NCBI RefSeq assembly: GCF_004010195.1
Contig: NC_057713.1
Location: 85,728,534 to 85,792,533 of the forward strand
Reading direction: 5' to 3'
DNA length: 64,000 nucleotides
Source of the DNA: Chiloscyllium plagiosum
Lineage: Eukaryota
Within the stretch, counting starts at the first letter, position 1. Every line of letters begins with the position of its first letter. The notes under the pieces were generated by a model, which ran no database searches, was not told the DNA's origin, and was given only the letters and a program-made list of their open reading frames with translations. The translations under genes and the position numbers were made by a program. This document shows, one piece after another, positions 1-10,786 of this stretch.

Positions 1-58
1 TTTTCTCCACAGATGCTGCCACACCTGCGGCCTTTCTCCAATATTCTCCATTTTTGTT
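1..58 (+). mobile_element. 3' end fragment of a Penelope-like element (family D, 'ctctccacagatgctgcc' end)
   Basis: ttctccacagatgctgcc...tttctccaatattctccatttttgtt resembles ends seen at 51230-51310 (+) and 55640-55732 (-). Confidence 0.55.
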
Positions 59-324
59 ACGGTAACAATGCATGTTTATATTGGCTTTATTAACATGACA
101 CTGTCTCAGAAGCTTTATAAAATATTCCTTGATTTAATTATTTGAACTTCCACAGTTAAATTCCAGTTTTCTCTCAGGTCCATCTGGCTTTTGAAAAGTA
201 AAATCAGGAATATGTTAACTCAAAAAATGCCAAAAAATCATTTGATTGGGTTTTTGGTTTGCTAACTACTAATGATATAATATTTTTCAATGTCTCAGCA
301 TATTCCTTCACTACAAATGAACAT

Positions 325-455
325 ATTTTCATTTATACAGCAGCTTTTATTACGTCACAGTACCCTAAAGCCAACACAGTACTGTTTGAAGCATAGCCAC
401 TGTTGAAATGTGGGAAAAACGATTAGTGCACAGTAAGCTTCCACAAGAAACAAAT
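325..455 (-). mobile_element. Degenerate DeuSINE (SacSINE1/AmnSINE1-like) 3' part
   Basis: catttatacagc...cactgttgaaatgtgggaaa...gcacagtaagcttccacaa is similar to the reverse complement of the 3' tail at 7080-7210. Confidence 0.45.
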
Positions 456-1439
456 ACTATCAAAAACACCCAGAGTAAATTGTATCTCTTCCATTATTTT
501 GCTTTTTTGCCAAAATTATGGAGAATGCAAAGAGTTAGTTCTTTCTGATTGCTGTATTAACACAATAGCAAATATAAAATTGTTCAATTTCTGCAAGATC
601 TCCCATTATTTCTCCCTGACAGACAAGAAGAAAATAAAGTTATCTTCAAACAATTTCACACATGAGCTGCAATTGCTTTGCAAATAGGCCTGGAAGTCTG
701 CTCATAACAGCTTTCCAGCTCATTTGCCCATCGTTCGTTGTTTAAACAAAATTCAACATTCGACCATTCTGAAGACCCCTGTGAGGCTTCTGCATAATTT
801 CAGTCTTCCTGGAAAGTGCGGTCATCCAAACCCATGATAAACAAGAGCTGTTTGAATTATTACAGTGAATTTGATATCAGGAATGTCCCAAGATATTGAG
901 CAGTGAGACAGATAACTTGCCAAACAAAGAGAGAAATTAAGATTGCTAATCAAACCCTTGGTGATCAAAGTAAGATTTGAAAACTTTTTAGAGGAACGGC
1001 TGAGATGAACTTAAAAGAATCCTTTCCCCTGCCTTTCTCCCAGACCAAATTCATTTATGTTTTGAAAGAAGCTAATTTATCCAGGTTTTCTTATGTTAAT
1101 GAAAGAGTGAGTTTATTAGTTGCTATATCAACAGTGCAAAACATAAACACACAAATTAGAAATAAGACGTGAGTCCAAAAATGGAAAAAGCTAAAGATCT
1201 ATGAATCAGTCTCTGAGTTCTGTGAAGAGCAATGGGATGTTGCAGTTATTACATTTGGTGATACCAGTAGCAACAGGAAAGGCCAGTGGGGCTGAATGAC
1301 TGGAAAGCCCGAGTGGAGTCAGTATGGTGAAGGAGAGGAGCGTGTAGCAGAATCAAAATCTGATGCTTCAGTCTTTCTATCATTGAGTTGGAGGATGCTG
1401 TGACTCATTCAAGGTTAGCAATTATGGAGGCAAGAAAGA

Positions 1440-1783
1440 ATTTAGAATTATGTTTATTGTCACAGGTGCTCACATGAGTACAGTGAAAGGTTTACAAGTC
1501 ATCACTTACGGTGCCATCTTAGATACTAAGGTAACTAGGTACAGATTGTTAAGTACAAATTTTTAGGGAAAAGTACTTTAGAAACACAAAGCAATAAAAA
1601 GTCCAGCAATAAATTGGAAAAATAGAGAAATAAGAGTTCAGAGTAGCCGTCCTTCCAATCCAGACTGCACCAGGCCTCACCTTGACGCCAGGAGTTCGAG
1701 TATGGGCTGAGGCTGGGAGTTTGAGTCCACGCTGAGGCCTGACAAACGCGGGACTGGGAGTTTCTAACTTGGCCTACCCTGGG
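1440..1783 (-). mobile_element. 3' UTR/end of a LINE-like repeat with short degenerate internal repeats
   Basis: tttattgtcaca...gtacagtgaaag is the reverse complement of the end at 51776-51810 (cttttcactgtac...tgtgacaataaa); ctgggagttt/gctgaggc units repeat at ~1690-1765. Confidence 0.45.
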
Positions 1784-1797
1784 TATTTATAAAACCT

Positions 1798-1917
1798 TAA
1801 AAATGTGTTGCTGGAAAAGTGCAGCAGGTCAGGCAGCATCAAAGGAACAGGAGATGCTGCCTGACCTGCTGCACTTTTCCAGCTACACATTTTTAAGCTC
1901 TGATCTTCAGCATCTCC
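1798..1917 (+). mobile_element. PLE family A fold-back mini-insertion with 14-bp TSD
   Basis: Arms 1796-1840 and 1853-1897 are near-perfect inverted repeats; partial tail ctctgatcttcagcatct; TATTTATAAAACCT at 1784-1797 and 1918-1931. Confidence 0.85.
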
Positions 1918-3016
1918 TATTTATAAAACCTCCCAGTCCAGACTGTCTCTATTTTTCTCCCGGTCTCTGCTGTTTCTCCCCACTTTCCCATTTCCATCTT
2001 CTGCACTCACTCAGTCGCCAGTCACAGTGACACTAAGGTGAATGGAATGACTCTGAAAAATCTTGCTTTGATGTTTAGTTGGATTTGATAATCTGGAAAT
2101 GATTCCCATTGAATGTGCTGCAAAAGGTGGTGAAAAGGTAGCTAGGTATCATTGATATACATGTGAGAAACTAGTAAAACACTTGCAATTGATGTCAGCG
2201 AGCATGTAGATGAGGGACAAAGAATAGCTCCTTTGGAACATGGAGATGATAATGGAGGCCAGGAAAGAGAAGCCAATGCTGGATAAACAATAACTCTGTT
2301 TAGGAATATAGAACCACATGATTACTGAGTCACAATGCTGGATTAGGTGGGGAACTGTTGGAGAAGAATGGTATACTCAATCTTATTGAAAGTTGGAGAG
2401 GATATCGAAGAGGATAAATTAAGATAGGCACTGAAAATGTAAATCATGACTTTGATCAGAGCCTTTTCAATGCCCTCGCATTCGCATTGTGCAACTTCAA
2501 TTTACCACAGTTCTTTGTTTACTGGTATTGTTGGTAATTGGATTCAACTTTTAACTGCCCAATAATCCCTCCACAGCCCAAAGACAGACCATTGAAGAAT
2601 ACACGTCCTGTCTACTGTGCCACTGCCAATGAAGGAAGGCAGCTAGCCAGGGGAACAATTCACTGCCTTGTTTGTGCATTCTGCCCAGCATATGGGACGT
2701 TAATCGTTGGGTCTTGCACCTGCCTGGGTGGCAACACAGGAAGAAAAACAACAACACAGACTTTTAACTGATTCAGAATCACAATGCTGTTTCTTTCTTG
2801 TGAATTAAATCTTTCCTTTTCTAAAGATAATGGGGTGCTTCATTTTAAACCTTATCTCGTTTCCCTCACAGTTTGCTTGTTATCTCATTCAAGTTATGTA
2901 TCGAAGGCCAAATGGTCAAAATGTCTGAACCAAAGAGATTCATTACATCAAAAATCTGTCAGATTTATATTTTAGAATCTTAACTCCCCTTGAACTAACA
3001 TTTACTTTCTGTTCTT

Positions 3017-3068
3017 TTTCTCTCTCTCTCTCACATACACACTTACACACATACACAGACACACACAT
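3017..3068. repeat. (TC)n(CA)n compound microsatellite
   Basis: tctctctctctctcacatacacacttacacacatacacagacacacaca. Confidence 0.9.
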
Positions 3069-3419
3069 TTGTACAAACAGTGTCTTCTATTCTTGTCTCA
3101 TGTGGAGACTGTTTCGTCATTATTCCCTCTTCAAAAACGTTTCACGGTGACTTGGGGTACAAATGCATCAGTTTCAACTTGCTCATGACATACTTGGTTC
3201 GAAATTATGGAACCTTCAAAGAAATGAGGTGAATGACTGTTTTCAATCTTTGACTTCAATTCTCTTGAGGTTTTGACAGCTTTCCATGGGAGGTGCAAAG
3301 CAAGACCATGAGACCCCCCTTAGATATTCAGAAGTCATATATTCTAATAGGAAAATGTGGCAAAAATGTTATTATTTAGTTTCATAAGGCATAGTATAGA
3401 GAGACAGAATCTAGGTACG

Positions 3420-4880
3420 CTTCCTACATGATAGTCTGAATTTCCTAAAATCCAAGGTGTCCCCAAGCTGGAATCTAAGGCAATAGCAGATTTCCAAAAA
3501 TACTAAATAATCAAAGGGTTAGAAGAAAGGTACTAGGAAATCTAATGGACTAAAGGTTGATTAGTTGTCCCCTGGACCTGATGAGTTGCTTTGCTGAGTT
3601 TTAAAAGATATAGCTGTCGATGCACTGGTAATAATATTTCAAGAATCCTTAGCTGATTATAATGCCAATTTAACAGCTTTATTGAAAAGGTAGGGTGACA
3701 AGAAGGCCAGTCAGCTTAACATCCATCAAGGAGAAAATGTTAGAACTGATTGTAAAGGATGTAAACGAGGAACATTTAGAAAGGCATGATATAAGTCAAG
3801 CAGAGTTTAGATGGCTTAATGAAGCGAGATCATAACTGACACATTTACTTAAATTCTTTGAATAGGTAACAAGCAGGATAGAAGAAAAGGAAAGCTGTGG
3901 ATGTGATGCATTGAGATTTCCAAAAGGCATTCAGTAAGATACCACACATAAGAATACTTAATAAGATAAGAGCCCATGGTTTTGGAGGCATTGTATTAGC
4001 ATAGATACAGGATTGGCTAACTAATAGAAGTCAGAGAGTTGGGATAACCAGTGGTGTGCCTCAGGGATCTGTGCCGGAGTCACAATTACTCACAATATAT
4101 ATTCATGACTTAAATGATGAACATGCTCTCACCAAGCTTGTGGATGACACAAAAATAGGTGGAAAGGCAGGCAGTGATGTGGACGGTCCACAGATGGTTT
4201 ATAAAGGTTAAATAAGTGGGCAAAATTTGGCACATGGAACATATTATGCGAAATTATGAGGTTATTGGCTTTAGCAGGAAGAATAGGAGAGCTAAATATT
4301 GTTTAAATGGAAATAAATATGCACAAGGCTCCAGCACTATGGAATTTGGTGTCCTCATGCATGAATCACAAAAAAAGCTAGCACCCAAGTTCAGAGGGTA
4401 ATAGGGAAAGCAAAATGGAATATTGGAATTTATTTCAAAGGGAATGGTGTATAAAAGTAGGGAAATCTTGTTAAAACGATGCAAGGCTGTAGACAGACCA
4501 CAGCTGGAATGCTGTGAACAGTTTTGGACCCCTTATCTGAAGAAAGATGTATTGACATTGGAGGTAATTCAGATAAGGTATCATTAGATGAGCGGTGACC
4601 TCACTAAAACATATAAAATTCTTAGAAGACCTGACATAGTGGATGCAAAGAAACTGTTTCCCCTTATGGATGAGTCTAGGACCAGAGGGCATAATCACAG
4701 AGAAAGGGAGCACCCAGATAGGATAGAGATGAGGAGGGGAATTCTTCTCTGAAAAGGTAGTGAATCAGTGGAATTCTTTATCACAGACAGCTGTTAAGGT
4801 TGTGTCATTAAATAAATTCAAGGCTGGGATATATAGATTTTTAATCAGCTATGGCCCACTTCTGTTGCTACATCCTATGG
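3420..4880 (+). mobile_element. CR1/HER1-type LINE, ORF2 RT and 3' end, degenerate
   Basis: Translated fragments RPVSLTS, DFQKAFSK, NKIRAHG, SGVPQGSV, DDTKIGG, QWNSLSQ; many stops and frameshifts. Confidence 0.9.
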
Positions 4881-4884
4881 TCTT

Positions 4885-5270
4885 AAAGAAAATGACAAGG
4901 TTCCGTGGAGATCTGATAGAAGTACGTGAAATCACTCGGAATCTTGTGACAGTAGTCAGGGAGAAATTGTTCATATCAGCGGAGTGATACAGAATCAGAG
5001 GGCAACAATTTAAAGTGAGTGGCAAACTACAGTAGTATTCGGAGAAGAACCCTTTATTAATGTAGCAAGTGGTTAGGATATAGAACACAGTGCCTGAAAG
5101 TGCAGCACTAACAGATTCAATCAAGACTTTCAAATGCCAAATGAATAACTATCTGAAGAGAAAAAAATGCAGGACTCCAGGGAAAAGGTGGGCAAGTGGA
5201 ACTGGCTGAGTTGCCATGACCGAGAGCCAGCTTTAACATTGGCCTCTTTCTGTGCGGTAACAATTCAATG
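4885..5270 (+). mobile_element. Second, older CR1 LINE 3' end
   Basis: RGDLIEV...REKLF, then agagggcaacaatttaaagtg and a CR1-like 3' UTR. Confidence 0.75.
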
Positions 5271-6904
5271 ATCCTCAGATTTTATTTCGTTCAGGCAGGC
5301 CTTTAACTGTAAATCTAAACTCAAGCCTTGTACACAAACATTCGAGTCCCACTAGGTCAGCTCCCTGTGGTCCTGATTTTAAAAACTGCTGACTTACATA
5401 AACTGGAAATAAACTCTGAAACATGGTCCAACAAAGCAGCAGCACAGCCAGACAGATAAAGCCAGAGTGTCATGTTGACAGGCTCAGCAGATCTGTGAGA
5501 TGTTGCTGATTTCCATTGATCACAAGTGAAGATTAACCCTTGCATTTCCCTGGAGATATTAGCAAATGTTTAATGTAGTTCTTGAGTATTGCTCTTCCCT
5601 CTATTCTGACAGGATATTTAAACAGATCAATTCATCCACTCTGCATCACAGCATTTAAGTCCATATGGTAGTTAAGACAATTCTATTCCTTCAACGCCAC
5701 ATGGCGTGTTTAAGGCTATATTCACTGTAAAAGTTATTTTTCACCTAAGATGATCTTCCAGAACAAGGAGTTGATCTCAACTGAGTGCTACAGACTGGCA
5801 CAATCCAAGGTCCAGGCCTATGTGCTGAGGAGCACGTTTAAGTTTGGGGCAGCTGCCACAAAGGTGCAGTGGGGAAAGGCCACCATCTAAAGTCTTTCTG
5901 CTGAAGTTAAATGGGGGTATATTCAGTTATCGAACCCTCCTGGTGCCTCAAATGTACGTAAATATAGTCTGGTTCAAGTAAGCGATGTCTTTGATTTGTT
6001 TGTAGATAGATTCAAACTCCAATGTTTGTTTGTTTCCTTCGTATGCTACTGCACAGAACTAAACTGCTTTAGTGATTATGCAAGAGTGTAAAAATGTTTT
6101 TATGAATTAAATATATTTTCAAAATTAAAACAACATAGTCGTTCCAAAAAGCGACATTGTGAAGTTTATTGGTTCTTCATCACCCCTCTTAAATTCTACC
6201 CCAAATGATAGTTTTCACATTTGTACACTGGAATTCAGTACAGACATGGCTGCCTTTGTGAGATACAGGGACAGAGACAAGGCTATATACAGCTGTATAG
6301 TGCACCAAGGTAACTACTGCTGTGAAGGATCAGGATGCTTTTAAGAGTTTGTTTTGTGTTTGTAATGAAATGTACAGACTGACAGGCATTTGGAGATTTA
6401 AGGAACAAGGAGTTGCCGAGATGCACTTATGAAAATCAGATATAATACAGGATATTTTGAACAATGTTGAAGTACACGTAAGTTTTGACCCAACAGAGCA
6501 GGGTGATGTAAGACAACTAGTCAGCCAGTACCACTATAAACTCTTTCTTGTAATGCTGCACATTTGCTGGAGGTGTGGTGCATAGTGAAATGCATTGTAA
6601 AATATATCTCAAATGCATTTGTTAGTGAATGAGAAAATGGCCTTGCTTTTGTTTTATGCATTAGTTGTCTGCTAAGTGATCTTTGATTTAAATTCATTTT
6701 AGTTTTCTTTTCTTACAGTAAAAGTCTTAAACTGAGAATTCCTGTCTTGGTACCTTCCATCAGTCACTGGGCAATAATCATTTTGTTAAATCGGTATTGG
6801 TCCGTATAGGGTTTGTCAAATATTACTCAAGGTTTATTTGTTTCCCTCAACTTTTACCTTGTCATAGAGGAAGTATGTTAAATATTTTATTGTGCAGGCT
6901 TATT

Positions 6905-7215
6905 TTTGAGTGCCTTGTTGAACGAAGGCTGCACTGTTGAAGGTGCATTAAACACCCCAAGTGGACTCAAAAGTCTGCACAAAACCTTTTTGAAGAAGAG
7001 CAGAGAGATTGGTTCAGCAACCCAGACAACTTTCATCCTCCAGGGATCACTTGAAGCAAATTGCCAGGCCATTATCACTTTGCTCTTTGTGGGATTTTTC
7101 TGGGCCTAAATGGCTGCCTTATTTTCCCATATCACGACAGTGACAACACTTCAAAAATACCTCAACAACTGCAAAATGCTTTGGGACATCCTGAGGCCAA
7201 GAAAATGTTTTATAG
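6905..7215 (+). mobile_element. DeuSINE (SacSINE1/AmnSINE1-like)
   Basis: gctgcactgttgaaggtgc...gaagaagagcag...cattatcactttgctctttgtggga...gctttgggacatcctgagg follows the Deu-domain plus 3' tail pattern. Confidence 0.65.
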
Positions 7216-7449
7216 TTTTATTTTATTGCTTTTATTTGTACACATTGTGTGTCAGGGCCATTTGAAACTAAGATCTCACTGATCTCATCCTTAGTAATTT
7301 CAGACACCACTCATGAGGTCTGGAACTTATTATTCCTGTCAATTGAATCATAACATCATGTAGCACAAAATGAGGTCATTCAGCCTGTCATGCTAGTGCT
7401 GGCTTTTTGAACCAGTGCTCCAGTTTAATCCCAGATTGTTCTTCAAAAT

Positions 7450-7645
7450 ACTACCATAGGATATTTTATTTCCCTGAGAGGACAACAGGGCTTCAGTTTA
7501 ATATCCATCAAGGCCTGGCACCTCCCACAGTGCAGCAGGCCCTCAGTGTTGCATTAGAATGCAGGCCTCGGATTTGTGCTTTGAAGTGCCTAAAGTAGGA
7601 CATAGAACCCACAAACTTCAAACTCAGAGGCAAAACTGGTACCAA
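7450..7645 (-). mobile_element. DeuSINE 5' half (tRNA-derived head plus Deu domain)
   Basis: ggcacctcccacagtgcagc...ctcagtgttgcatt...gaacccacaaacttcaaactcagaggc is the reverse complement of a Pol III head with B-box (gtgggttc). Confidence 0.7.
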
Positions 7646-8155
7646 TAAGAACAAAAACAAAAGTTAAGAAGACGTGTTCTGGGCTGGAGGTGTTGCTGAC
7701 AACACAAGTGAACTGAACCAATTTGTTTGCACTGAGGTGCAACTTGAATGCAACTTGTTTATCAGGAAGTTGGCAGAGTTCTGCACATATTGCTTGATTT
7801 CACTCTCCATTGAAGTTCCAACCAATCTTGTGGAATTGTCACACTGGGAATTAGGTTAAAATTACCCCCACTACATTCCCATTGTATTAATACACAGCAT
7901 AGTCTAAGCAGCTTCCTTGTTTGTTATTCCAATAAAATTAACAGCACTGAACATTTAAAAACATTTTATTCAAAAAGCAAAGACGATACAAGTATGTCAA
8001 AATTAAAAAGTATATATTATTCCTCAGCAGAAATAAAGTAGACATAGTCAAAACGATTCAGCAGCTTAAGCTGGACCTCAGTACACATTCATCCAAAAAT
8101 CTGTCTTTTTTGCAAATGAGTTCAACGACTCCTTCAAGCCAGGCTTTCATATATT

Positions 8156-8176
8156 AGGAGAAAGTGAGGACTTCAG
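8156..8176 (-). mobile_element. 21-bp PLE family A tail-only insertion with 15-bp TSD
   Basis: AGGAGAAAGTGAGGACTTCAG matches the element terminus at 32698-32718; flanked by AGGCTTTCATATATT at 8141-8155 and 8177-8191. Confidence 0.8.
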
Positions 8177-9034
8177 AGGCTTTCATATATTGTCATGTAT
8201 TTGTTCTTTCAACAAAAAGAATTTTTTTTTTAATTTTAAAGAGGGGGAAAGGGAAAAAAAAACAAGAATGTTAATATAGAGAAGGCAGTCTCTTAAGGTT
8301 GGAGTTGGCACAATAAACAAAAAAACTTCAGCCTGTATTCACAGGCTCATAGGAATGGGTTAAAATCTGGGGAACCAGTTTTGGCGGATGGAAGCAAAAT
8401 GGAATGTTTGCAACATCTGCTCATCTGTGGAGGCGAGCAAGCAGGAATACCTCTCTTTGGCTCCTATTAAAAAAAAGAGAAAGTTTTCAAAGTGCTTTTG
8501 TTTGAGCCAACAATGACGACTTATTGTGAGGGAAGTTGTTTGGACCAGAACTGATCCTCTTAGTTTTGTTTTAGGCTCATTGTGTCAGCTCTGATAAATT
8601 GTTGCTGGCCAGATGCTAGGCTCTCCCATTGTGTGTACTGTACACAGCAGCTTGACTTTTACATTGCCTGCAAGGGAAATGTGAGCTGGAATTTCAGGCA
8701 CAAAACCAAAGCTCTCATAAAGGAAGAAGTCATTTTGGTTATGTCCTGTCCACTTATTTTTAATGTCAAACCTACTGTACCTGCTGTTGTTGTTTGTGAT
8801 TATCTCTAAATGCAAGATCTGCCGTTTCATCATTCATGAAGGGATTTATTTCCATCGATTCAGCACCCCCTCAAATTGCCTTTCTAAGCTCCATTGCACT
8901 GATCAGCATTTTATAATGGAGACTGAATGGCAATAGATGACTCTTAAAAGTCTCTGGCTTTAGCTTTTTAATTGTAATTTTAAGCCAAATGACAAATAGC
9001 TTCCCAAAATAGTGCATAAATGCAGCAGCGTGTC

Positions 9035-9360
9035 TGGTGTGATACTGTGCCATGGAAGATCCCAGGCTATGTTGAATTAGTTAATCCCCTGCAGGACAAT
9101 ATGGGGGTTTGTAACAATTAATCCCAGAAGGCCAGGGAATGGAGAAAGAAAAATGAGCTCAGTCACAATTTTCATCCCTGATTACTATCCAATGACCCTT
9201 GCTGAACAATGCATGTGTGATAGTGGGTGAGGACAGGGTCAGGCTTGAGTCGGTTTTATTTTCTTTTGGTTGAACAGACAACTTGCTCCCTAGGCTCTAC
9301 ACATAAATATTGGACATTTAAATAGGGCCCTGAGGCATTGTTGGTACCTGTAGGACTTAC
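9035..9360 (+). mobile_element. Ancient tRNA-derived SINE (AmnSINE2-like by recollection)
   Basis: cctgattactatccaatgacccttgctg...gggtgaggacagggtcaggct; related degenerate copy at ~58700-58935. Confidence 0.45.
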
Positions 9361-9444
9361 AGGTGATGAAGGGACAAAATTGCAGGGGAGAAATAAGAGG
9401 TGTCATTGAGTTTGTCAAAGCCAAAGAAGTCTACAGCAGAAGTT

Positions 9445-9785
9445 TAGTCAGAGGGTTAGATAGGGTGGACAGTGAAAGCCTTTTTCCTCAGATGACAATG
9501 GCTAACATGAGGGGACAGACCTTTAAATTGGGGGGTGATAGATATAGGACAAATGTCAGAGGTGCTTTCTTTACTCAGAGAGTAGTGGGGGTATGGAATG
9601 CACTGCCTGCAACAGTAACAAACTCGCCAACTTTAGGGGCATTTAAATGGTCATTGGATAAACATATAGATGAAAAGGGAATAGTGTCGATTAATTAAGG
9701 ATATCTGGTTGGCATGGACAAATTGGATGGAAGGGTATGTTTCCATGGTGTACTTCTCTATGACTCCATGACTTTATGACCTTCA
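9445..9785 (+). mobile_element. CR1/HER1 LINE 3' end
   Basis: ORF 9363-9698: RGLDRVDSESLFP...RGAFFTQRVVGVWNALPATV; (ctatgact)n-like tail. Confidence 0.9.
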
Positions 9786-10459
9786 AGCTAAGGTATTCCT
9801 TCTCCTTTAACTTCTTCATTGTCTCCCTGCCCCTTGCAAAGATATTCCAAGATAACCTCTATGGGCCCTCATGCCATACCAATCCCCACCCCCTCCCTGA
9901 TTAAGCTATGCCTATTCTGTCTTCACTCTTGACTCCCAAACATCAATTCTTGGGAGAATTTGTTAGAAAACAGAAATACCTGAGCCTCAGCTTGATTGAC
10001 AGCTCCATCTGTCTGACCTTTTCCAGTTTCATAAAATCTGTTCACTGAAGTTGGGAGAGTCAAAAGCCCTGTGGTTTCAAGTATGGAGACTTTAAAGAGT
10101 TGGATTGATATTATTGTTCTCTAGTAGAAACGAGTAATTTTGTAAACATGTTGAGAAATTATGAATAAATCACTTCTAATTTTTTAAATATCTTGTTGTA
10201 TTTGCAGATAGAAGAAGGTTGCAGCCATTCTTTCTTCCTTGACTGGGGTGAAGGGCTTAGTTAGCGTATAGTAGTAGAAGGACAACTACGAGTGAGTCTT
10301 AATGAGAAGATGTCGTTTACTGCATGATAGCAATCAGCTACAAGTTTAAATGAGAAATATAGTTTCTAAAAATATGAGGAAACTTGCGGATATTGATCTT
10401 CACTCCATGATTGCCTAAGATTATAAGATAATATATTAGATATTATAATATAACACTTA

Positions 10460-10786
10460 TAATGGCTAATACTGCTGCTTCACAGCACCAGGGATCTGAG
10501 TTCAATTCCAGCCTTGGGTGACTGTCCTTATGGAGTTTGCACATTCTCCCTGTGTCTGTGTGGATTTCCACCGGGTGCTCTGGTTTCCTCCAAAAGCCCA
10601 AAGATCTGCAGGGTTGGCCATGCTAAATTACCCTGTAGTGACTTGGGATGAGCAGGCTAAGTGGGCTAGCCATGGGAAATGCGAGGTTATTGGATAGGGT
10701 GGGGGGCTGAGTCTGAGCAGGCCACTCTTCAGAAGGTTGGTGCAGATCTGATGGGTCAAAAAGCCTCTATCTGCACTATAGAGATT
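10460..10786 (+). mobile_element. HE1-type V-SINE
   Basis: tRNA-like head (actgctgcttcacagcaccaggga...gttcaattcc), V-core tggagtttgcacattctcc...ggtttcctcc, LINE-derived tail. Confidence 0.9.

Larger units (their letters stand above)
1230..2475 (-). mobile_element. Fragmented, old L2-clade LINE RT region, interrupted by younger insertions
   Basis: Minus strand reads MYINDT (YADD-type motif, ~2145-2162) and IEKALIKVM (STETALxKV-type motif, ~2445-2472). Confidence 0.55.

Noticed and set aside
1690-1765. CRISPR-like repeat array
   Set aside because: Only about three degenerate, irregular units inside a LINE-like UTR; eukaryotic context with no cas genes.
10208-10290. Exon-like segment (ttgtatttgcag ... 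gtgagt)
   Set aside because: Stop codons in all three frames; a non-coding exon cannot be supported without transcripts.
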